NCBI RefSeq assembly: GCF_963921235.1
Contig: NC_086097.1
Coordinates: 140,060,001 to 140,124,000 of the forward strand
Length of the DNA: 64,000 nt
Direction of reading: 5' to 3'
Source of the DNA: Mobula hypostoma
Lineage: Eukaryota
Both the position numbers and the translations under genes were made by a program. Positions within the stretch are counted from its first letter, which is position 1. Every line of letters starts with the position of its first letter. Positions 1 to 12,485 of the stretch are shown piece after piece. The notes under the pieces were generated by a model. It ran no database searches and was not told the DNA's origin. It saw nothing but the letters and a program-made list of their open reading frames with translations.

Positions 1-240
1 GATGGTCATTTAAAACTGAGATATGGGGAAAATTCTGATGGCAGTGGCTCTCTGGGGTTCTCTGTCCCACTGAGTGGAGAGATCTGGATCATTTGAACTG
101 GAGGTGGATAAATATTGGACAGATCAAAGAATACAGGGGAAGTGGCACAGGATTTGAAGCCAGTGTAGGTTAGTCATGGTAATATTAAATGGTGAGTCAG
201 GCTTGAAGGGCCAGTTGGCCTACTCCTGCTCCTATTTTCT
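1..240 (+). mobile_element. Degenerate CR1 3' end
   Basis: Ends GGCTTGAAGGGCC...GGCCTACTCCTGCTCCTATTTTCT, homologous to the CR1 3' end at 12427-12467. Confidence 0.7.
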
Positions 241-672
241 TGAGGCTTAGGCTGAAAGATAAAATGTCTCCTGAAGAATGTGATGATCAGGATCAGTGGC
301 AGGGTTTAGAGCGGGTGAAGCAGGGTTTAGAGCGGGTGAAGCAGGCTGTGTGCTGTGACAGGAGGAGCTGTGTGTTAGCAGTAAACGTATGGAAGCTGCT
401 GCAGTGCGTGGCTGAGAAACCGGCAGTCCTTGGAGACTGTGAACGGTGTGTGAGGCTATTCTAGATCCGTGCCACATAACCAATGAAGGCCTTGTAACTG
501 TGAGCATTCCAGAGGCAGTTGCACCAAGTCCCCTGTGAATTCGAACACAGTGAACACAAGACAAATTCCCAAAGCGCTCCACACAGCCTTATCCCAGTAC
601 AAAGTGTGAGCTCCCACTGTGCAAACTTTGCTCACGAATGACCAGATCAGGCTGGCCCTGTCGGCAACTCAC

Positions 673-803
673 CCAGACAGCTCATCTCTGGCTTCCAGTG
701 CACATGCACACCTTCCCTCTGACAGGCCCGTGTGTAGGCAATTAGAGACTCGCAGTAACAATTCTTGTGCATGGGGCACTCACACATGTCAGTGACACAG
801 GAT
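673..803 (-). CDS. BMPER: BMPER-like exon 14 (C8 domain); final TIL exon not in window
   Basis: CCCACAG|(R)[49 protein letters not shown]; 131 nt; phase 2 matches the end of exon 13. Confidence 0.95.
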
Positions 804-838
804 CTGTGGGAAAGATCACAGGAGAAGTAAGAGCAAAA

Positions 839-3800
839 TGTCCACATCCACACCCACCATCCCTGTCCACATCCAACTCCGCTGTTCCCATCTCACATCC
901 ACCTTTCCCTGTCCACATCCAATTCATCTCACATCCACCATCCCTGTCCACATCCAACTCATCTCACATCCATCATTCCCTGTCCACATCCAACTCCGCC
1001 TTTCCAAATCTCACATCCGTCATTCCCTGTCCACATCCAACTCATCTCACATCCATCATTCCCTGTCCACATCCAACTCATCTCACATCCATCATTCCCT
1101 GTCCACATCCAACTCTGCGTTTCCATCTCACATCCATCATTCCCTGTCCACATCCAACTCCACGTTTCTATCTCACATCCATCATTCCCTGTCCACATCC
1201 AACTCATCTCACATCCATCATTGCCTGTCCACATCCAACTCCGCGTTTCCATCTCACATCCATCATTCCCTGTCCACATCCAACTCCACCATCCCCATCT
1301 CACATCCATCATTCCCTGTCCTCATCCAACTCCACCGTCCCCATCTCACATCCACCATCCCTGTCCACATCCAACTCCACCGTCCCCATCTCACATCAAC
1401 CATCCTTGTCCACATCCAACTCCACCGTCCCCATCTCACATCCACCATCCCTGTCCACATCCAACTCCACCGTCCCCATCTCACATCCACCATCCCTGTC
1501 CACATCCAACTCCACCGTCCCCATCTCACATCCACCATCCTTGTCCACATCCAACTCCACCGTCCCCATCTCACATCCACCATCCCTGTCCACATCCAAC
1601 TCATCTCACATCCATCATTCCCTGTCCACATCCAACTCATCTCACATCCATCATTCCCTGTCCACATCCAACTCATCTCACATCCACCATCCCTGTCCAC
1701 ATCCAACTCCACCGTCCCCATCTCACATCCACCATCCCTGTCCACATCCAACTCCACCGTCCCCATCTCACATCCACCATCCCTGTCCACATCCAACTCC
1801 ACCGTCCCCATCTCACATCCACCATCCCTGTCCACATCCAACTCATCTCACATCCATCATTCCCTGTCCACATCCAACTCATCTCACATCCATCATTCCC
1901 TGTCCACATCCAACTCCGCGTTTCCATCTCACATCCATCATTACCTGTCCACATCCAACTCCACGTTTCTATCTCACATCCACCATCCCTGTCCACATCA
2001 CACTCCACCGTCCCCATCTCACATCCACCATCCCTGTCCACATCCAACTCCACCGTCCCCATCTCACATCCACCATCCCTGTCCACATCCAACTCCACCG
2101 TCCCCATCTCACATCCACCATCCCTGTCCACATCCAACTCCACCGTCCCCATCTCACATCCACCATCCCTGTCCACATGCAACTCATCTCACATCCATCA
2201 TTCCCTGTCCACATCCAACTCCACCGTCCCCATCTCACATCCACCATCCCTGTCCACATGCAACTCATCTCACATCCATCATTCCCTGTCCACATCCAAC
2301 TCCGCCTTTCCAAATCTCACATCCGTCATTCCCTGTCCACATCCAACTCATCATTTCCATCTCACATCCATCATTCCCTGTCCACATCCAACTCCACGTT
2401 TCTATCTCACATCCATCATTCCCTGTCCACATCCAACTCATCTCACATCCATCATTCCCTGTCCACATCCAACTCTGCGTTTCCATCTCACATCCATCAT
2501 TCCCTGTCCACATCCAACTCCACGTTTCTATCTCACATCCATCATTCCCTGTCCACATCCAACTCATCTCACATCCATCATTGCCTGTCCACATCCAACT
2601 CCGCGTTTCCATCTCACATCCATCATTCCCTGTCCACATCCAACTCCACCGTCCTCCGTCCACATCCAACTCCGCGTTTCCATCTCACATCCATCATTCC
2701 CTGTCCACATCCAACTCCACCGTCCCCATCTCACATCCATCATTCCCTGTCCACATCCAACTCCACCGTCCCCATCTCACATCCACCATCCCTGTCCACA
2801 TCCAACTCCACCGTCCCCATCTCACATCCATCATCCCTGTCCACATCCAACTCCACCGTCCCCATCTCACATCCACCTCCACCGTCCCCATCTCACATCC
2901 ACCATCCTTGTCCACATCCAACTCCACCGTCCCCATCTCACATCCACCATCCCTGTCCACATCCAACTCCACCGTCCCCATCTCACATCGACCATCCCTG
3001 TCCACATCCAACTCCACCGTCCCCATCTCACATCCATCATTCCCTGTCCACATCCAACTCATCTCACATCCATCATTCCCTGTCCACATCCAACTCATCT
3101 CACATCCATCATTCCCTGTCCACATCCAACTCCGCGTTTCCATCTCACATCCATCATTCCCTGTCCACATCCAACTCCACGTTTCTATCTCACATCCACC
3201 ATTCCCTGTCCACATCCAACTCATCTCACATCCATCATTCCCTGTCCACATCCAACTCCGCGTTTCCATCTCACATCCATCATTCCCTGTCCACATCCAA
3301 CTCCACGTTTCTATCTCACATCCACCATCCCTGTCCACATCCAACTCCACCGTCCCCATCTCACATCCACCATCCTTGTCCACATCCAACTCCACCGTCC
3401 CCATCTCACATCCACCATCCCTGTCCACATCCAACTCCACCGTCCCCATCTCACATCCACCATCCCTGTCCACATCCAACTCCACCGTCCCCATCTCACA
3501 TCCACCATCCTTGTCCACATCCAACTCCACCGTCGCCATCTCACATCCACCATCCCTGTCCACATCGAACTCCACCGTCCCCATCTCACATCCACCATCC
3601 CTGTCCACATCCAACTCATCTCACATCCATCATTCCCTGTCCACATCCAACTCATCTCACATCCATCATTCCCTGTCCACATCCAACTCATCTCACATCC
3701 ATCATTCCCTGTCCACATCCAACTCATCTCACATCCATCATTCCCTGTCCACATCCAACATCCCTGTCCACATCCAACTCCACCTTTCCAAATCTCACAT

Positions 3801-6800
3801 CCGTCATTCCCTGTCCACATCCAACTCATCTCACATCCATCATTCCCTGTCCACATCCAACTCTGCGTTTCCATCTCACATCCATCATTCCCTGTCCACA
3901 TCCAACTCCACGTTTCTATCTCACATCCATCATTCCCTGTCCACATCCAACTCCACTCTCACATCCATCATTGCCTGTCCACATCCAACTCCGCGTTTCC
4001 ATCTCACATCCATCATTCCCTGTCCACATCCAACTCCACCGTCCCCATCTCACATCCATCATTCCCTGTCCACATCCAACTCATCTCACATCCACCATCC
4101 CTGTCCACATCCAACATCCAACTCCACCGTCCCCATCTCACATCCACCATCCCTGTCCACATCCAACTCCACCGTCCCCATCTCACATCCATCATCCCTG
4201 TCCACATCCAACTCCACCGTCCCCATCTCACATCCACCATCCCTGTCCACATCCAACTCCACCGTCCCCATCTCACATCCATCATTCCCTGTCCACATCC
4301 AACTCATCTCACATCCACCATCCCTGTCCACATCCAACATCCAACTCCACCGTCCCCATCTCACATCCACCATCCCTGTCCACATCCAACTCCACCGTCC
4401 CCATCTCACATCCATCATCCCTGTCCACATCCAACTCCACCGTCCCCATCTCACATCCACCATCCCTGTCCACATCCAACTCCACCGTCCCCATCTCACA
4501 TCCACCATCCTTGTCCACATCCAACTCCACCGTCCCCATCTCACATCCACCATCCCTGTCCACATCCAACTCCACCGTCCCCATCTCACATCGACCATCC
4601 TTGTCCACATCCAACTCCACCGTCCCCATCTCACATCCACCATCCCTGTCCACATCCAACTCCACCATCCCCATCTCACATCCACCATCCCTGTCCACAT
4701 CCAACTCCACCGTCGCCATCTCACATCCACCATCCCTGTCCACATCGAACTCCACCATCCCCATCTCACATCCACCATCCCTGTCCACATCCAACTCATC
4801 TCACATCCATCATTCCCTGTCCACATCCAACTCATCTCACATCCATCATTCCCTGTCCACATCCAACTCATCTCACATCCATCATTCCCTGTCCACATTC
4901 AACTCATCTCACATCCACCATCCCTGTCCACATCCAACTCCACCGTCCCCATCTCACATCCACCATCCCTGTCCACATCCAACTCCACCGTCCCCATCTC
5001 ACATCCACCATCCCTGTCCACATCCAACTCCACCGTCCCCATCTCACATCCACCATCCCTGTCCACATCCAACTCATCTCACATCCATCATTCCCTGTCC
5101 ACATCCAACTCATCTCACATCCATCATTCCCTGTCCACATCGAACTCCGCGTTTCCATCTCACATCCATCATTCCCTGTCCACATCCAACTCCACGTTTC
5201 TATCTCACATCCACCATCCCTGTCCACATCCAACTCCACCGTCCCCATCTCACATCCATCATCCCTGTCCACATCCAACTCCACCGTCCCCATCTCACAT
5301 CCACCATCCCTGTCCACATCCAACTCCACCGTCCCCATCTCACATCCACCATCCTTGTCCACATCCAACTCCACCGTCCCCATCTCACATCCACCATCCC
5401 TGTCCACATCCAACTCCACCGTCCCCATCTCACATCCACCATCCCTGTCCACATCCAACTCCACCGTCCCCATCTCACATCCACCATCCTTGTCCACATC
5501 CAACTCCACCGTCGCCATCTCACATCCACCATCCCTGTCCACATCGAACTCCACCGTCCCCATCTCACATCCACCATCCCTGTCCACATCCAACTCATCT
5601 CACATCCATCATTCCCTGTCCACATCCAACTCATCTCACATCCATCATTCCCTGTCCACATCCAACATCCCTGTCCACATCCAACTCCACCTTTCCAAAT
5701 CTCACATCCGTCATTCCCTGTCCACATCCAACTCATCTCACATCCATCATTCCCTGTCCACATCCAACTCTGCGTTTCCATCTCACATCCATCATTCCCT
5801 GTCCACATCCAACTCCACGTTTCTATCTCACATCCATCATTCCCTGTCCACATCCAACTCATCTCACATCCATCATTGCCTGTCCACATCCAACTCCGCG
5901 TTTCCATCTCACATCCATCATTCCCTGTCCACATCCAACTCCACCGTCCCCATCTCACATCCATCATTCCCTGTCCACATCCAACTCATCTCACATCCAC
6001 CATCCCTGTCCACATCCAATATCCAACTCCACCGTCCCCATCTCACATCCACCATCCCTGTCCACATCCAACTCCACCGTCCCCATCTCACATCCATCAT
6101 CCCTGTCCACATCCAACTCCACCGTCCCCATCTCACATCCACCATCCCTGTCCACATCCAACTCCACCGTCCCCATCTCACATCCACCATCCTTGTCCAC
6201 ATCCAACTCCACCGTCCCCATCTCACATCCACCATCCCTGTCCACATCCAACTCCACCGTCCCCATCTCACATCCACCATCCCTGTCCACATCCAACTCC
6301 ACCGTCCCCATCTCACATCCACCATCCTTGTCCACATCCAACTCCACCGTCGCCATCTCACATCCACCATCCCTGTCCACATCGAACTCCACCGTCCCCA
6401 TCTCACATCCACCATCCCTGTCCACATCCAACTCATCTCACATCCATCATTCCCTGTCCACATCCAACTCATCTCACATCCATCATTCCCTGTCCACATC
6501 CAACTCCGCGTTTCCATCTCACATCCACCATCCCTGTCCACATCCAACTCCACCGTCCCCATCTCACATCCACCATCCCTGTCCACATCCAACTCCACCG
6601 TCCCCATCTCACATCCACCATCCTTGTCCACATCCAACTCCACCGTCCCCATCTCACATCCACCATCCCTGTCCACATCCAACTCCACCGTCCCCATCTC
6701 ACATCCACCATCCCTGTCCACATCCAACTCATCTCACATCCATCATTCCCTGTCCACATCCAACTCATCTCACATCCATCATTCCCTGTCCACATCCAAC

Positions 6801-9101
6801 TCCGCGTTTCCATCTCACATCCATCATTCCCTGTCCACATCCAACTCCACGTTTCTATCTCACATCCACCATCCCTGTCCACATCCAACTCCACCGTCCC
6901 CATCTCACATCCATCATCCCTGTCCACATCCAACTCCACCGTCCCCATCTCACATCCACCATCCCTGTCCACATCCAACTCCACCGTCCCCATCTCACAT
7001 CCACCATCCTTGTCCACATCCAACTCCACCGTTCCTATCTCACATCCACCATCCCTCTCCACATCCAACTCCACCGTCCCCATCTCACATCCACCATCCC
7101 TGTCCACATCCAACTCCACCGTCCCCATCTCACATCCACCATCCCTGTCCACATCCAACTCCACCGTCCCCATCTCACATCCACCATCCTTGTCCACATC
7201 CAACTCCACCGTCGCCATCTCACATCCACCATCCCTGTCCACATCCAACTCCACCGTCCCCATCTCACATCCAACATCCCTGTCCACATCCAACTCCACC
7301 TTTCCAAATCTCACATCCGTCATTCCCTGTCCACATCCAACTCATCTCACATCCATCATTCCCTGTCCACATCCAACTCTGCATTTCCATCTCACATCCA
7401 TCATTCCCTGTCCACATCCAACTCCACGTTTCTATCTCACATCCATCATTCCCTGTCCACATCCAACTCATCTCACATCCATCATTGCCTGTCCACATCC
7501 AACTCCGCGTTTCCATCTCACATCCATCATTCCCTGTCCACATCCAACTCATCTCACATCCACCATCCCTGTCCACATCCAATATCCAACTCCACCGTCC
7601 CCATCTCACATCCACCATCCCTGTCCACATCCAACTCCACCGTCCCCATCTCACATCCATCATCCCTGTCCACATCCAACTCCACCGTCCCCATCTCACA
7701 TCCACCATCCCTGTCCACATCCAACTCCACCGTCCCCATCTCACATCCACCATCCTTGTCCACATCCAACTCCACCGTCCCCATCTCACATCCACCATCC
7801 CTGTCCACATCCAACTCCACCGTCCCCATCTCACATCCACCATCCTTGTCCACATCCAACTCCACCGTCGCCATCTCACATCCACCATCCCTGTCCACAT
7901 CGAACTCCACCGTCCCCATCTCACATCCACCATCCCTGTCCACATCCAACTCATCTCACATCCATCATTCCCTGTCCACATCCAACTCATCTCACATCCA
8001 TCATTCCCTGTCCACATCCAACTCCGCGTTTCCATCTCACATCCACCATCCCTGTCCACATCCAACTCCACCGTCCCCATCTCACATCCACCATCCCTGT
8101 CCACATCCAACTCCACCGTCCCCATCTCACATCCACCATCCTTGTCCACATCCAACTCCACCGTCCCCATCTCACATCCACCATCCCTGTCCACATCCAA
8201 CTCCACCGTCCCCATCTCACATCCACCATCCCTGTCCACATCCAACTCATCTCACATCCATCATTCCCTGTCCACATCCAACTCATCTCACATCCATCAT
8301 TCCCTGTCCACATCCAACTCCGCGTTTCCATCTCACATCCATCATTCCCTGTCCACATCCAACTCCACGTTTCTATCTCACATCCACCATCCCTGTCCAC
8401 ATCCAAATCCACCGTCCCCATCTCACATCCATCATCCCTGTCCACATCCAACTCCACCGTCCCCATCTCACATCCACCATCCCTGTCCACATCCAACTCC
8501 ACCGTCCCCATCTCACATCCACCATCCTTGTCCACATCCAACTCCACCGTTCCTATCTCACATCCACCATCCCTGTCCACATCCAACTCCACCGTCCCCA
8601 TCTCACATCCACCATCCCTGTCCACATCCAACTCCACCGTCCCCATCTCACATCCACCATCCTTGTCCACATCCAACTCCACCGTCGCCATCTCACATCC
8701 ACCATCCCTGTCCACATCCAACTCCACCGTCCCCATCTCACATCCACCATCCCTGTCCACATCCAACTCATCTCACATCCATCATTCCCTGTCCACATCC
8801 AACTCATCTCACATCCATCATTCCCTGTCCACATCCAACTCATCTCACATCCATCATTCCCTGTCCACATCCAACTCATCTCACATCCACCATCCCTGTC
8901 CACATCCAACTCCACCTTCCCCATCTCACATCCACCATCCCTGTCCACATCCAACTCCACCGTCCCCATCTCACATCCACCATCCCTGTCCACATCCAAC
9001 TCATCTCACATCCATCATTCCCTGTCCACATCCAACTCATCTCACATCCATCATTCCCTGTCCACATCCAACTCCGCGTTTCCATCTCACATCCATCATT
9101 C
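839..9101. repeat. Modular C-rich satellite, left arm (units 35/36/45/46 bp)
   Basis: Core CCCTGTCCACATCCAACTC + variable linker (none, CACCGTCCCC, CGCGTTTCC, CACGTTTCT) + ATCTCACATCCA + CCAT or TCATT, repeated for about 8.3 kb. Confidence 0.98.
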
Positions 9102-9106
9102 ACATC

Positions 9107-9382
9107 CTAGGAAGGGAGTTGAGAAAAAGGACCGCAAAGGTAGTAATCTCGGGATTACTGCCTGTGCCACGCGACAGTGAGAGTAGGAATGCGATGAGGT
9201 GGAGGATAAATGCGTGGCTGAGGGATTGGAGCAGGGGGCAGGGATTCAAGTTTTTGGATCATTGGGACCTCTTTTGGCGCAGGTGTGACCTGTACAAAAA
9301 GGACGGATTACACTTAAATCCTAGGGCGACCAATATCCTGGCAGGGAGATTAGCGGGGGCTACTGAGGTGACTTTAAACTAG
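9107..9382 (+). pseudogene. CR1 ORF1 C-terminal fragment (SGNH/GDSL esterase-like)
   Basis: LGRELRKRTAKVVISGLLPVPR...FLDHWDLFW...YKKDGLHLN...EVTLN*; the DGLH motif is SGNH block V, typical of CR1 ORF1; N-terminus lost to truncation. Confidence 0.85.
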
Positions 9383-12300
9383 AATGGTTGGGGGGTGGGA
9401 ATCAAATTAAAGAGGCTAGGTGTGAGGAGGTTAGTTCACAACAGAGGGATGGGAACCAGTGCAGAGAGACAGAGGGGTGTAAAGTGAGCGTAGAAGCAAA
9501 AAGTACAAAGGGGAAAAGTAAAAGTGGCAGGCCGACAAATCCAGGGCAAGCATTAAAAAGGGCTAAGAGAGTTGTAAAAGAGTGCCTGAAGGCTTTATGT
9601 GTCAATGCAAGGAGCATTCGTAATAAGGTGGATGAATTGAAAGTGCAGATTGTTATTAATGATTATGATATAGTTGGGATCACAGAGACATGGCTCCAGG
9701 GTGACCAGGGATGGGAGCTCAACGTTCAGGGATATTCAATATTCAGGAGGGATAGACATGAAGGAAGGGGAGGTGGGGTGGCGTTGCTGGTTAAAAAAGA
9801 GATTAACGCAATAGAAAGGAAGGACATAAGCCGGGAAGATGTGGAATCGATATGGGTAGAGCTGCGTAACACTAAGGGGCAGAAGACGCTGGTGGGAGTT
9901 GTGTACAGGCCACCTAACAGTAGTAGTGAGGTCGGAGATGGTATTAAACAGGAAATTAGAAATGTGTGCAATAAAGGAACAGCAGTTATAATGGGTGACT
10001 TCAATCTACATGTAGACTGGGTGAATCAAATTGGTAAAGGTGCTGAGGAAGAGGATTTCTTGGAATGTATGCGGGATGGTTTTTTGAACCAACATGTCGA
10101 GGAACCAACTAGAGAGCAGACTATTCTGGACTGGGTTTTGAGCAATGAGGAAGGGTTAATTAGCGATCTTGTCGTGAGAGGCCCCTTGGGTAAGAGTGAC
10201 CATAATATGGTGGAATTCTTCATTAACATGGAGAGTGACGTAGTTAATTCAGAAACAAAGGTTCTGAACTTAAAGAGGGGTAACTTTGAAGGTATGAGAC
10301 ATGAATTAGCTAAGATAGACTGGCAAATGACACTTCAAGGATTGACGGTGGATATGCAATGGCAGGCATTTAAAGGTTGCATGGATGAACTACAACAATT
10401 GTTCATCCCAGTTTGGCAAAAGAATAAATCAAGGAAGGTAGTGCACCCGTGGCTGACAAGAGAAATTAGAGATAGTATCAATTCCAAAGAAGTAGCATAC
10501 AAATTAGCCAGAGAAAGTGGCTCACCTGAGGACTGGGAGAAATTCAGAGTCCAGCAGAGGAGGACAAAGGGCTTAATTAGGAAGGGGAAAAAAGATTATG
10601 AGAGAAAACTGGCAGAGAACATAAAAACGGACTGTAAAAGCTTTTATAGATATGTAAAAAGGAAAAGACTGATAAAGACAAATGTAGGTCCCCTGCAAAC
10701 AGAAACAGGTGAATTGATTATGGGGAGCAAGGACATGGCAGACCAATTGAATAATTACTTTGGTTCTGTCTTCACTAAGGAGGACATAAATAATCTTCCA
10801 GAAATAGTAAGGGACAGAGGGTCCAGTGAGATGGAGGAACTGAGCGAAATACATGTTAGTAGGGAAGTGGTGTTAGGTAAATTGAAGGGATTGAAGGCAG
10901 ATAAATCCCCAGGGCCAGATGGTCTGCATCCCAGAGTGCTTAAGGAAGTAGCCCAAGAAATAGTGGATGCATTAGTGATAATTTTTCAAAACTCGTTAGA
11001 TTCTGGACTAGTTCCTGAGGATTGGAGGGTGGCTAATGTAACCCCACTTTTTAAAAAAGGAGGGAGAGAGAAAAATGGGAATTATATGCCTGTTAGCATA
11101 ACGTCGGTGGTGGGGAAACTGCTTGAGTCAGTTATCAAGGATGTGATAACAGCACATTTGGAAAGCGGTGAAATGATTGGACAAAGTCAGCATGGATTTG
11201 TGAAAGGAAAATCATGTCTGACGAATCTCATAGAATTTTTTGAGGATGTAACTAGTAGAGTGGATAGGGGAGAACCAGTGGATGTGGTATATTTGGATTT
11301 TCAAAAGGCTTTTGACAAGGTCCCACACAGGAGATTAGTGTGCAAACTTAAAGCACACGGTATTGGGGGTAAGGTATTGGTGTGGGTGGAGAATTGGTTA
11401 GCAGACAGGAAGCAAAGAGTGGGAATAAACGGGACCTTTTCAGAATGGCAGGCGGTGACTAGTGGGGTACCGCAAGGCTCAGTGCTGGGACCCCAGTTGT
11501 TTACAATATATATTAATGACTTGGATGAGGGAATTAAATGCAGCATCTCCAAGTTTGCGGATGACACGAAGCTGGGTGGCAGTGTTAGCAGTGAGGAGGA
11601 TGCTAAGAGGATGCAGGGTGACTTGGATAGGTTGGGTGAGTGGGCAAACTCATGGCAGATGCAATTTAATGTGGATAAATGTGAGGTTATCCACTTTGGT
11701 GGCAAAAATACGAAAACAGATTATTATCTGAATGGTGGCCGATTAGGAAAAGGGGAGGTGCAACGAGACCTGGGTGTCATTATACACCAGTCATTGAAAG
11801 TGGGCATGCAGGTACAGCAGGCGGTGAAAAAGGCAAACGGTATGCTGGCATTTATAGTGAGAGGATTTGAGTACAGGAGCAGGGAGGTACTACTGCAGTT
11901 GTACAAGGCCTTGGTGAGACCACACCTGGAGTATTGTGTGCAGTTTTGGTCCCCTAATCTGAGGAAAGACATCTTTGCCATAGAGGGAGTACAAAGAAGG
12001 TTCACCAGATTGATTCCTGGGATGGCAGGTCTTTCATATGAAGAAAGACTGGATGAACTGGGCTTGTACTCGTTGGAATTTAGAAGATTGAGGGGGGATC
12101 TGATTGAAACGTATAAGATCCTAAAGGGATTGGACAGGCTAGATGCGGGAAGATTGTTCCCGATGTTGGGGAGGTCCAGAACGAGGGGTCACAGTTTGAG
12201 GATAGAGGGGAAGCCTTTTAGGACCGAGATTAGGAAAAACTTCTTCACACAGAGAGTGGTGAATCTGTGGAATTCTCTGCCACAGCAAACTGTTGAGGCC

Positions 12301-12387
12301 AGTTCATTAGCTATGTTTAAAAGGAAGTTAGATATGGCCCTTGTGGCTACAGGGGTCACGGGGTATGGAGGGAAGGCTGGGTTCTGA
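9373..12387 (+). CDS. CR1 ORF2: APE endonuclease + reverse transcriptase (no upstream AUG)
   Basis: Frame open 9367-12387. APE motifs VNARS, GITETW, VYRPP, GDFN, SDHN; RT motifs QHGF, YLDFQKAFDKV, GVPQGSVLGP, KFADDTK. The ORF-track start at 9388 is TTG; the first ATG is at 9991. Confidence 0.92.
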   Translation, partial: FKLEWLGGGNQIKEARCEEVSSQQRDGNQCRETEGCKVSVEAKSTKGKSKSGRPTNPGQALKRAKRVVKECLKALCVNARSIRNKVDELKVQIVINDYDIVGITETWLQGDQGWELNVQGYSIFRRDRHEGRGGGVALLVKKEINAIERKDISREDVESIWVELRNTKGQKTLVGVVYRPPNSSSEVGDGIKQEIRNVCNKGTAVIMGDFNLHVDWVNQIGKGAEEEDFLECMRDGFLNQHVEEPTREQTILDWVLSNEEGLISDLVVRGPLGKSDHNMVEFFINMESDVVNSETKVLNLKRGNFEGMRHELAKIDWQMTLQGLTVDMQWQAFKGCMDELQQLFIPVWQKNKSRKVVHPWLTREIRDSINSKEVAYKLARESGSPEDWEKFRVQQRRTKGLIRKGKKDYERKLAENIKTDCKSFYRYVKRKRLIKTNVGPLQTETGELIMGSKDMADQLNNYFGSVFTKEDINNLPEIVRDRGSSEMEELSEIHVSREVVLGKLKGLKADKSPGPDGLHPRVLKEVAQEIVDALVIIFQNSLDSGLVPEDWRVANVTPLFKKGGREKNGNYMPVSITSVVGKLLESVIKDVITAHLESGEMIGQSQHGFVKGKSCLTNLIEFFEDVTSRVDRGEPVDVVYLDFQKAFDKVPHRRLVCKLKAHGIGGKVLVWVENWLADRKQRVGINGTFSEWQAVTSGVPQGSVLGPQLFTIYINDLDEGIKCSISKFADDTKLGGSVSSEEDAKRMQGDLDRLGEWANSWQMQFNVDKCEVIHFGGKNTKTDYYLNGGRLGKGEVQRDLGVIIHQSLKVGMQVQQAVKKANGMLAFIVRGFEYRSREVLLQLYKALVRPHLEYCVQFWSPNLRKDIFAIEGVQRRFTRLIPGMAGLSYEERLDELGLYSLEFRRLRGDLIETYKILKGLDRLDAGRLFPMLGRSRTRGHSLRIEGKPFRTEIRKNFFTQRVVNLWNSLPQQTVEASSLAMFKRKLDMALVATGVTGYGGKAGF

Positions 12388-12420
12388 GTTGGATGATCAG
12401 CCATGATCATAATAAATGGC

Positions 12421-12459
12421 GGTGCAGGCTCGAAGGGCCGAATGGCCTACTCCTGCACC
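12421..12459 (+). other. CR1 3'-UTR stem-loop
   Basis: GGTGCAGG...CCTGCACC outer stem enclosing a GGCC-GAAT-GGCC hairpin, immediately before the microsatellite tail; identical in the copy at 49039-49787. Confidence 0.7.
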
Positions 12460-12485
12460 TATTTTCTATGTTTCTATGTTTCTAT

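Larger units (their letters stand above)
9102..12485 (+). mobile_element. CR1-clade LINE, 5'-truncated, young, inserted in the satellite
   Basis: ORF1 C-terminal remnant, uninterrupted ORF2, 3' stem-loop, (TTTCTATG)n tail; candidate 4-bp TSD ATTC at 9098-9101 and 12486-12489. Confidence 0.96.

Noticed and set aside
298..344. 21-bp tandem duplication (GCAGGGTTTAGAGCGGGTGAA x2), and a similar short duplication at about 59309-59347
   Set aside because: Ordinary local slippage duplications with no further structure.
1..672. Search for the final TIL-domain exon of the BMPER-like gene
   Set aside because: No CxxGxxYxxCGxxC-like sequence found on the minus strand; it presumably lies beyond the window edge, so its absence is not evidence of truncation.
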